Under the pieces are notes generated by a model that was given only the letters and a program-made list of their open reading frames with translations, had not been told where the DNA came from and did not search any database. Source: a virus. Taken from it: a stretch of DNA of 64,000 bases. Below, one piece after another: positions 53,242 through 61,143 of this stretch. Made by a program: the position numbers and the translations under genes. The stretch is from the IMG/VR virus record IMGVR_UViG_3300027733_000032; one strand, 5' to 3'. Positions within the stretch are counted from its first letter, which is position 1. The number at the start of each line of letters is the position of its first letter.

Positions 53242-53802
53242 CTATAGGGATGATACGTCGATATTATCAAATTCCCACTTGTTTTGAAGCGACGCCCAGA
53301 GTGCTTCATCTATCGAAGTTGGCTCCATATCGTTTTCTGTCAACAGTTGACGATGTGCAGAAATTGCACGTTTCAGGAATTCGACTTGTTCCCAGCCAGT
53401 TGAGTGCATGATTGAGCCGGTTTCAATCATTTTCGTTATTTCATCAAGTTTTTTATTAACATGAAACTTGAAACGTTCAATTTTTGTTCGCTTGTTCTTA
53501 TATGAATGCTCTGCCTGCTGGAGTAAATTTCTCTTACTCCCGTAGCGAGACTCAATCTCTGAAAAACGCCGAAAATCAGCAGTCTCGTCTTCGTGCAAAT
53601 CTTCCAGTTGTTCTTCGAGATTATTAATTAACACAAGCAGGCACTTCTGCCACTTCTGCCAATTTTCTTTTTCCATAAGGATGCTTTTTTGCGATGACGA
53701 TAATTTGTTTTTCACATCCTCCGCAACCATATAGGCAAACATGTCGTCACTAATCATTCTGTTCATTTCTTCCATCCTGGACATATCGTCTTGTAAGCAC
53801 AC
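53242..53802 (-). CDS. Hypothetical coiled-coil protein
   Basis: ORF track. Confidence 0.55.
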   Translation of the reverse strand: MCLQDDMSRMEEMNRMISDDMFAYMVAEDVKNKLSSSQKSILMEKENWQKWQKCLLVLINNLEEQLEDLHEDETADFRRFSEIESRYGSKRNLLQQAEHSYKNKRTKIERFKFHVNKKLDEITKMIETGSIMHSTGWEQVEFLKRAISAHRQLLTENDMEPTSIDEALWASLQNKWEFDNIDVSSL

Positions 53803-54554
53803 CAGTCACATAGGCGCGTTTTATTGTATTTAAATTCACCAGTTCTACATGCCTCTTCTACCATTTCATGGCTTTCGGATACATATTGAATGATTCCCTC
53901 ATTGCTTTCTTCGGTTAATTGATAGGTGAAATTGACCCCATCCTTAAGATACAACAACTGAAGTTCGGTGATATTTGGGACTTCTTTTGATAATAGTGCA
54001 GCATAAATTCTTAATTGAATGAATTTATCTTCAACATAGTTTTTGCTAGGTTTTTTGCCAGTCTTGTAGTCGGAAATTCTAACTTTTCCATCCTCTATGC
54101 CCTCGTAGCGGTCGATAAAACCTTTAACTGTGGCTTTCCCCAGAGGACCATTGAGTTCACTTTCTATCCCTTGAGGAAACACTTCTTTTGGATTTTCGAC
54201 TTTCCATAAATTCTCAAGACACCACCATGCGCTCCAACGGAATTTAAGCATTTCGTCGGCGCGAACATAGCCACGAATTCTATTTTCCCAATCCGAACGA
54301 TGCCATACCGTTGACGCAAGCGATTTTACGGATGTAATTGTTCTTTCTTCATTGGGTAGCACATAGAAGTCCTCTAATATTTCATGAACAAAGTTGCCCA
54401 GCAGGGTGGCCGACGATGGCTGGTCGGGGATTTTGTCAATCTTGTTGAACTTGAACTTCAATGGGCACTGCCTGAAGGTACTCATTGAAGATGGCGACAA
54501 ATATGGTGGCATTGCATAAACAAAGCCAGTGGGGATTTCCTTTTCCTCACTCAC
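53763..54554 (-). CDS. PD-(D/E)XK RecB/Cas4-like exonuclease
   Basis: LSPSS...QCP...GNFVHEILE...KGFIDR...ISDYKTGK...QLRIYA...CDWCAYKTIC (Fe-S Cys); likely GTG start at 54554. Confidence 0.85.
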   Translation of the reverse strand: MSEEKEIPTGFVYAMPPYLSPSSMSTFRQCPLKFKFNKIDKIPDQPSSATLLGNFVHEILEDFYVLPNEERTITSVKSLASTVWHRSDWENRIRGYVRADEMLKFRWSAWWCLENLWKVENPKEVFPQGIESELNGPLGKATVKGFIDRYEGIEDGKVRISDYKTGKKPSKNYVEDKFIQLRIYAALLSKEVPNITELQLLYLKDGVNFTYQLTEESNEGIIQYVSESHEMVEEACRTGEFKYNKTRLCDWCAYKTICPGWKK

Positions 54555-55407
54555 CCTTATCGTGCATGAGTTCTGAGCCAGGGAAAAGAATCTTCGTGGA
54601 CTGCTCAATGAGCGCCATGACTCCATGAATAGTTACTGTTTCTCGCGTTGGCTTCGGCTGTCCATTGGCGAACTCGCCCCAGAATCGGGAAAGTTCCTCC
54701 TTTTGCGTAGAGTCAAACTGCTTGCTCAATTCAATGAACTTCGACCAAAGTGCGGAGATTTTGGGGTCTACTTCAATAACCGGATTACTTACGGCATGGT
54801 CACGCTCGATTTCAAGACTAAGCGCCTCGTCGGAACGAGCAAGATATAGAGCCACGCCAAGTTGCTGGGCGGCCTTTTTTAGCGCATCAGAAACAGCGCC
54901 CTTGAATTCATCACCAAGGTCAACAATGTCGCCTTGTTTTGTGCGCTTAATTTTCTGACCGCCGAAACCGTCTTTTTGGACCATTCTGAAGTTGTCATCC
55001 ATATGGATATTTAATCGAACATGAGCCACGATGAAATCTGGGTCAAGGGCATCCCTTTCGCATCTAATAATTTCGGATGACCACCCGTGTATCCCGAAAA
55101 TCCTATTCAAACGTGCAATTACTTCGCTGACAGGAATGTAAACAAGAGTCGTACCACCCTTACGAAGTTCGCGCTCCATCTCTGGGGGAAAGGGTTCGCT
55201 GAGTTCGGCCTGAATGCGCTCGTTCTCAATTTTTAATTCCCGTGCAAACTTTGCTTGGCGCTCGTCAGTCTTGCGCCAATGCTCCTCTTCCCAATTATCG
55301 TCACGTGAAGCAATATCATGAGCAATATTCATTTTCTTTATCCCCTTATCGTTAATTATGTTGTCGGTTTCCGACTGTTCTGATTGTTGTTTTTTGGCAG
55401 ACGCCAC
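54547..55407 (-). CDS. Rad52/Rad22-family single-strand annealing protein (Sak-like)
   Basis: LVYIP...VIARLNRIFGIHGWS...KGAVSDALKKAAQQLGVALYL. Confidence 0.85.
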   Translation of the reverse strand: MASAKKQQSEQSETDNIINDKGIKKMNIAHDIASRDDNWEEEHWRKTDERQAKFARELKIENERIQAELSEPFPPEMERELRKGGTTLVYIPVSEVIARLNRIFGIHGWSSEIIRCERDALDPDFIVAHVRLNIHMDDNFRMVQKDGFGGQKIKRTKQGDIVDLGDEFKGAVSDALKKAAQQLGVALYLARSDEALSLEIERDHAVSNPVIEVDPKISALWSKFIELSKQFDSTQKEELSRFWGEFANGQPKPTRETVTIHGVMALIEQSTKILFPGSELMHDKGE

Positions 55408-55907
55408 TACAGTTTTTCTTTACTAATAACAACGCTGATTTTTCCTTCAGATTTTTGGCAATAATCATCAGCACTAATACCAATTTTATTTAATTCCCCA
55501 ACTCGCCAATAAGAGGGGGCCGCATATTCCAGCATCTTCTGCATCATTTCCAGGGGAGACGCTAACACTTCTCCCGTATCAATGTCAATAGATGATTGAT
55601 AAACGCGATTGGAAACTTCTGCAGCAAGACCCTTGTGGTCCCATGACTTCCTGTCACTACCAATTCTTCTTTCGGCAAGGAAGCCGTCGGGAAGGGACAC
55701 AAACGATTCGTTCATACGGTCCGCCACCAATGTCTCTGTGTGTTCATTCAACATTGCAATATCCTTTTTCAAGGAATTAATTGCTGAATAGATTAAACAA
55801 GACTCTGTGATGTCTGCGCCATCCGATGTTATTGCATCGACGATATCGGCACTCGCTTCTCCAATAAGTCGGCGGATTTCCTCAATTAACTCAACTGGAG
55901 TAGCCAT
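55407..55907 (-). CDS. Hypothetical protein in the recombination module
   Basis: ORF track; RKSWDH...SYWRV..L..IGI..DDYC. Confidence 0.6.
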   Translation of the reverse strand: MATPVELIEEIRRLIGEASADIVDAITSDGADITESCLIYSAINSLKKDIAMLNEHTETLVADRMNESFVSLPDGFLAERRIGSDRKSWDHKGLAAEVSNRVYQSSIDIDTGEVLASPLEMMQKMLEYAAPSYWRVGELNKIGISADDYCQKSEGKISVVISKEKL

Positions 55908-55930
55908 AGTACCTTCCTGGTTGCAACTTC

Positions 55931-57235
55931 CTAGACGATGATACCTATGCGCTTGCGCTGTGGCAACCCCAAGCCCGTCAAATGTGTAAAACCTCCAACC
56001 ACGGAGTCAACCTGGTCGTCGTGGTCGCAGGCTTCCGGGAAAGATGAAAGTTCATCCATCCAATCCGTAAGCCAAGTTGCCCGCACGCACCGGACGTTGC
56101 CATTCGCCACTGCTGCGGCAAACGGCATTGCTCGTGTCGTTTTATCACCAGTTGAACGAATTCCCATGAAATCGTAACCACTCAGTACGTATCGGGCATA
56201 TTGGTCGACTAAAGCCTTACCTGATGAGCCTGGCTCCTGCTCCATGCGTATTGCTACAGCGTGACCATCTTCGTATGCCGTTTGAGCAATCAACTGCTCA
56301 ACTTTCTCCCCACGCACTCGCGCTTTCTTTACGTCAAGCACGTAGGTTATGCCTTGGTCAAACAAAACCAAGGTGCCGACTGTCCAGTCTGGATTGGGGT
56401 TGCTGTGTGAAGGCTCTGTGGCAGCAAGGTCCCAGAATCGTACAGCCCTGGCGGACGTGGTAATTTTTGGCATATCCTCGTTGTCGATAATTACTATATT
56501 TTCACGGTCAAACATCGACCCAAGTGTGGTTGCCCACCAGTCACCATCTTCTAGGCGCTTTCGTTCCACTGGGTCCAATGCTTGAAGTGCGGCGCGATAG
56601 GAGTCAGCGTCAATTCCGGGGTTGTCGGTCAGTTTTGATGGGACGAATATTCTACCCTTGTCATGCCCTTCAACGATAAAACGTTGCCGAACCCAGTTAG
56701 GCGCAGGGTTGCATGCTGAACGCATTCTCAATGGGACTTGGGATAGTGGTCCAGATACTGGTCGACGGAGACGAGAGAACATGTATCGATAATCATTTTC
56801 TCGTATTTCCGTAACTTCGTCCATCCCAATAAATTGGAATTCGGCACCTTTGTAGCGCAGGTAGTCTTGTTGATTGTTGAGATAACCAAAAGAAATTCTA
56901 GCGCCCGACGGGAATACTGCCGTATAGTTATTCGCGTTCCAGCGAACGTCATCATATGGGGCCATCCAGTTAATAAACCGGTCCATGATGGCTCCAGGGA
57001 GAGCAAGGTCGGCATACGTACGGCGGAAAATGATTGCTGAATAATTAGGTATATCTACATACTGAAGAGCGGACATAAGGAGTGCGGACGACTTGCCCCC
57101 GCCTGCTGCTCCGCCAAATAGGGCTTCTAGTGAGTAGGTGCGCAGGAAAACCTTTTGAGTCATTGATGCTTCTTCTGGGCAGAAAGGCGGCAGTTTTGGC
57201 TGCAAAAAAGCAAGTACACTATTCCAATCTGTCAT
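55931..57235 (-). CDS. terL: Terminase large subunit
   Basis: LFGGAAGGGKS (Walker A), FIGMDE (Walker B), RSACNP, RFWDLAA, DHDDQVDS nuclease motif. Confidence 0.9.
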   Translation of the reverse strand: MTDWNSVLAFLQPKLPPFCPEEASMTQKVFLRTYSLEALFGGAAGGGKSSALLMSALQYVDIPNYSAIIFRRTYADLALPGAIMDRFINWMAPYDDVRWNANNYTAVFPSGARISFGYLNNQQDYLRYKGAEFQFIGMDEVTEIRENDYRYMFSRLRRPVSGPLSQVPLRMRSACNPAPNWVRQRFIVEGHDKGRIFVPSKLTDNPGIDADSYRAALQALDPVERKRLEDGDWWATTLGSMFDRENIVIIDNEDMPKITTSARAVRFWDLAATEPSHSNPNPDWTVGTLVLFDQGITYVLDVKKARVRGEKVEQLIAQTAYEDGHAVAIRMEQEPGSSGKALVDQYARYVLSGYDFMGIRSTGDKTTRAMPFAAAVANGNVRCVRATWLTDWMDELSSFPEACDHDDQVDSVVGGFTHLTGLGLPQRKRIGIIV

Positions 57236-57315
57236 GTTCTACCTCTGAGGCTAATTTTTGTATTAGATTGCCGTTACAAGAAACCGACAACAATGGACGA
57301 GAAACACATTAACAC

Positions 57316-57525
57316 ATGAAAAATATTCTACGCCGCCTGCTCGGCCCATGGGACCCAGCATCACTACTAGGTCGTTTATTCATGCGTTCCACAGCCGCCA
57401 ATGTAATGATGGTATTGTTTATATTATTGACTAGCGTTGGAACAGTATTAATCTCGCCTCCCGTGGGCCTCATTGTAGCGGGTGTAACTTGTGGAATCTA
57501 CGGCTATTTGTTGGGCTCTGAATAA
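57316..57525 (+). CDS. Small membrane protein upstream of the portal
   Basis: Two hydrophobic segments; usual position in HK97-type head modules. Confidence 0.55.
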   Translation: MKNILRRLLGPWDPASLLGRLFMRSTAANVMMVLFILLTSVGTVLISPPVGLIVAGVTCGIYGYLLGSE

Positions 57526-57527
57526 TT

Positions 57528-59558
57528 ATGGCATGGAATAAGACAGAAACAAAATCACTCATCCCTGGTCCGACTAGGGCCATTCTTGGGCCTGGTGCTC
57601 CGATTGCACAAAACCCATCCTTTGAAGGCAAGGGATACCGTGACCCGTGGGACATTGAACGTGCCTACAAAGAGGGAATGCAGAAAGTTACTTGGGTTTC
57701 CCGTTGCATTGACGCAATTGCCGGGAATCAGGCACGCCTTCCAATTATTCTTCGTAAGAACAACTCTCCTGATGGCCAGATTGTAAGCAAGGGCAGGAGC
57801 GGGAAGTCAACAATATTAGACCTCTTAAATACCAAGTCCAATATTGGTGAAAATTCATACATTTTTAGGTACAGAATGTCATCTCAGATTTTGCTGGGAA
57901 CTCGTGGTGCCTTTATTGAAAAAGTGCGTGGGCGAGATGGTGGGATTATTGGACTAAACCTGCTCCCGCCGCAGCATACAAGCCCTATTCCCGACCCTAA
58001 AACTTTTGTTTCTGGATACGAAGTCCTTATGCCGAATGGCGACAAGGTAATCATGAAACCTCAGGACGTATGCTGGATTCGTAGGCCACACCCAATTGAC
58101 CCGTATCTTTCCTTGACTCCAATGGAATCTGCTGGTGTTGCCATTGAAATTGAAAACTTAGCCAAACTATATAACCGCAACTTCCTTCTCAATGACGGTA
58201 GACCCGGTGGGCTTCTTGTTCTTCGTGGAGAGATTGACGATGATGATAAAGAAGAATTGAGAAGTCGATTCAGAGGAAATATTGGACGAGTTGGCTCAAC
58301 TACGGTAGTTAGTGCGGATGATGGCGTTGATTTCGTGGATACCTCATCAAGCCCAAGAGATGCCGCCTATATCCAAATGCGTCAAATTACAAAAGAGGAA
58401 ATTCTTGCCTCTTTCGGAGTCCCCGAATCAGTCATTGGCAACGCCTCTGGCAGAACTTTCAGCAATGCGAGTGAAGAAATCCGTGTTTTCTGGAATGAAA
58501 CGATGGGGCCACACTTGGAAATTCTTGCCAGAGCACTCGACGAACTAGACGATGACCATTACGTCGATTTTGACACTTCGTCTGTCCCTGTTTTGATTAT
58601 GGCCAAACAAGAGGTTGAGCGTTATAGCCTAGAAGAATTCAGAAGCGGAATGATAAGTCTAAACGAATATAGGACTGTGACTGGCAGGGAAAAAGTTGAG
58701 TCAGAACTGGCCGACAGCCTCCTAATGAACCCCAACCTGACCCCAATCGGCAATACGGAAAAGCCCATGGCCCCACCACAGCAGGGTATGCCCATGCCGG
58801 GGGCACAGCCAGGAATGCCGCCGGGAATGCCGGGAATGCCACCAGAAGCAGCAGGAATGCCCCCAGGGGCGCCAGATGCAAATACGATGAGCGGTGCACT
58901 TGCCATGGAGCAAGCCGGGGGAATGGCCACTCCAGGAGGCGCTCCTGCGATACCCCCAGAGATGACTGGAGGCCCTGCGGCTGCCGGTCCGGGAGCGTTC
59001 GGTCAAATGTCCATGAATCCTGCGGAAATGCAGTTCAAAGAAGACATTAGTGAAGTTTCGCTCAATCGCTGGACCGAGATATTAGATAGAAGTCTCGAAC
59101 GAGTTATGGAGCGTAGTCAGCGTGTTGTTTTAGAAAAATTGAGTGGTCAAAAATCAAAGAAATCCCTAGCCCAGGGTGTTCTTGACATAAATTCAATTCT
59201 TCAAACCGATGTTTGGACCAGACAGATGGACGAGGACATTCGACCCGTTCTGTCTGCCATTATAAAAGACTCAAAAATCAATCATGCGGAGAAGTGGGCA
59301 ATGTATACGCCCCCCACAAACGAAGAAACTGCCGTAAACATAGATGCTCAAATGGGAAGAATAAAATCCCTTTATGATTCCTGCGTAGCAACACTTTCAG
59401 AATCTATATTCAACTCTTACGGGATAAGTAGTGATGATGAGCGGTATACCGCTTTACGGACGTCTGTTAATACCGTCTTTACGGACATGTTAGCCAACCA
59501 GCGTCCACGCATTGCTTCCTCAGAGGCAAAACGCGCATGGGAATTCTGCCGCCCATAA
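57528..59558 (+). CDS. Portal protein (HK97 family) with Pro/Gly/Met-rich insert and C-terminal extension
   Basis: WVSRCIDAIA..A.LP, LLNTKSN, NG.PGGLL, I..SFGVP..VIG..S..TFSNA. Confidence 0.9.
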   Translation: MAWNKTETKSLIPGPTRAILGPGAPIAQNPSFEGKGYRDPWDIERAYKEGMQKVTWVSRCIDAIAGNQARLPIILRKNNSPDGQIVSKGRSGKSTILDLLNTKSNIGENSYIFRYRMSSQILLGTRGAFIEKVRGRDGGIIGLNLLPPQHTSPIPDPKTFVSGYEVLMPNGDKVIMKPQDVCWIRRPHPIDPYLSLTPMESAGVAIEIENLAKLYNRNFLLNDGRPGGLLVLRGEIDDDDKEELRSRFRGNIGRVGSTTVVSADDGVDFVDTSSSPRDAAYIQMRQITKEEILASFGVPESVIGNASGRTFSNASEEIRVFWNETMGPHLEILARALDELDDDHYVDFDTSSVPVLIMAKQEVERYSLEEFRSGMISLNEYRTVTGREKVESELADSLLMNPNLTPIGNTEKPMAPPQQGMPMPGAQPGMPPGMPGMPPEAAGMPPGAPDANTMSGALAMEQAGGMATPGGAPAIPPEMTGGPAAAGPGAFGQMSMNPAEMQFKEDISEVSLNRWTEILDRSLERVMERSQRVVLEKLSGQKSKKSLAQGVLDINSILQTDVWTRQMDEDIRPVLSAIIKDSKINHAEKWAMYTPPTNEETAVNIDAQMGRIKSLYDSCVATLSESIFNSYGISSDDERYTALRTSVNTVFTDMLANQRPRIASSEAKRAWEFCRP

Positions 59559-59682
59559 ATAGTATACTGAAACTCAATACACTAATTTCAGTAAACTAGA
59601 CATATTTCCAACATAGTTATCATTAGTTGCAGAATACTCACACCTACTGAAACTATCATTGTCAATAGACGCTAGGAGAGAT

Positions 59683-61143
59683 ATGTCGCAAAATACCACG
59701 TCAGATATCAATTTCAAGGCACTTAATGGGCAGTTCAATATTGATGAGGCCCAAGGAATCGTCGAATGTTTTGTTGCTGCTATTGGCAACAAGGACAGCG
59801 TAGGCGACGTAATTGTCTCGGGGGCGTTTAATGAAAGTCTCAAGCGTCGCAAGCCTCGCGTAGTTTGGGGACACAGTTGGAATGACCCCATCGGTAAGGT
59901 CATCGAGATTTACGAAGTACCCGCAAACGACCCGCGACTGCCAGCAAAGATGAAGCAGGCCGGAGTTGGTGGAGTTTATGCACGCGTTCAGTTTAATCTC
60001 GCAACTGAAAAAGGAAGAGAAGCATTCTCTAGCGTTGCATTCTTTGGTCCAGAACAAGAATGGTCAATTGGCTACAAGACACTCAATGCCACTTTCGACC
60101 CAAATGTACAGGCTAACATTTTAAGAGAAGTCGAACTTTATGAAGTAAGTCCTGTTCTCCATGGTGCCAATCAGTTGACCGCCACCATCTCCGTAAAGAG
60201 CGAAGAGGGTGAAAAGTGTGGCGTTCCAATGGGTATGCCAAATTCCCCTCATATGTACGGTGGTACCCCTGCCCCCTCTGCAATACCACGGATTGTCTCC
60301 GTTGATGCCAACAGGCTTTCTCCAATACGAGTCATTAGTGGAGTTGCCCAGCAGGCCCGACCCGACCATAGCAATAATTCACGTGAAGATATTTTTGGTG
60401 AAGGAGAGGCGAGAACACTTTCGGATGAAGCACGGAATATGCTTGCCATGGAATTAATGACGCGTTCCCGTGCGAATCTTGATGTTGTTTATGCAACAGA
60501 AAATTCCGTAGTATTCAACCGCGAGGTTGGGCAAGGAAACCACATTACATACCGTCTTTCGTATTACAGAGACCCGGATAGTGGCGAATATATGTTTGGC
60601 AAGCCCGAAAAAATGGGCAGTCATAGCGATGACAGTAGAATTGCCTCGCCAACCGTAGTCCCATCACAGATGCCTTCGATGCCAATGATGGTCAAACCAC
60701 AGGCCGTCAATCCGTACTCGATGAGCGGAATGCCTTCTGCTGTTCCCCAGATGGGTAATTATGGAATGGAAAAGTCACTTGATTTTGGCGCAGATACAGC
60801 GGCAGATTTTGTTCTTTCAGGAATTCAAAACGGCTCTATTTCTTCGTCTACCGGAAATGAAAAAATTGACGCAGTTATTGACATTCTCAAGGGAATGACC
60901 GGGAAGTCGGATAATCAGCAGGTATTTACCATTGCGTGTGAACCACATGAGGCTTTCTATATTAAGTCAGCAATCGACCCGGTTCTCGAATACCACCGCC
61001 TTGATGTAGAAATCGACGAATACGGTATTCATGTCGTCAATGGGCTATCCACTGAATCAATTAGCGCATTAACCAAGGCCGCAGAATCTATCGAAACTAT
61101 CACCACTAAGGCTGGTGGTTCAAAAAAATACAAGCGCCCTTAG
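59683..61143 (+). CDS. Prohead maturation protease (HK97 family) with C-terminal extension
   Basis: IGNKDSVGDVIVSGAF, VVWGHSWNDPIGK (His), WSIGY (Ser), LYEVSPVLHGAN; likely start ATG 59683 with SD AGGAG. Confidence 0.9.
   Translation: MSQNTTSDINFKALNGQFNIDEAQGIVECFVAAIGNKDSVGDVIVSGAFNESLKRRKPRVVWGHSWNDPIGKVIEIYEVPANDPRLPAKMKQAGVGGVYARVQFNLATEKGREAFSSVAFFGPEQEWSIGYKTLNATFDPNVQANILREVELYEVSPVLHGANQLTATISVKSEEGEKCGVPMGMPNSPHMYGGTPAPSAIPRIVSVDANRLSPIRVISGVAQQARPDHSNNSREDIFGEGEARTLSDEARNMLAMELMTRSRANLDVVYATENSVVFNREVGQGNHITYRLSYYRDPDSGEYMFGKPEKMGSHSDDSRIASPTVVPSQMPSMPMMVKPQAVNPYSMSGMPSAVPQMGNYGMEKSLDFGADTAADFVLSGIQNGSISSSTGNEKIDAVIDILKGMTGKSDNQQVFTIACEPHEAFYIKSAIDPVLEYHRLDVEIDEYGIHVVNGLSTESISALTKAAESIETITTKAGGSKKYKRP

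Noticed and set aside
53763-54554. Cas4 as part of a CRISPR-Cas locus
   Set aside because: No cas1/cas2 or array nearby; the context (Sak, HNH, RuvC) indicates a stand-alone phage recombination exonuclease.
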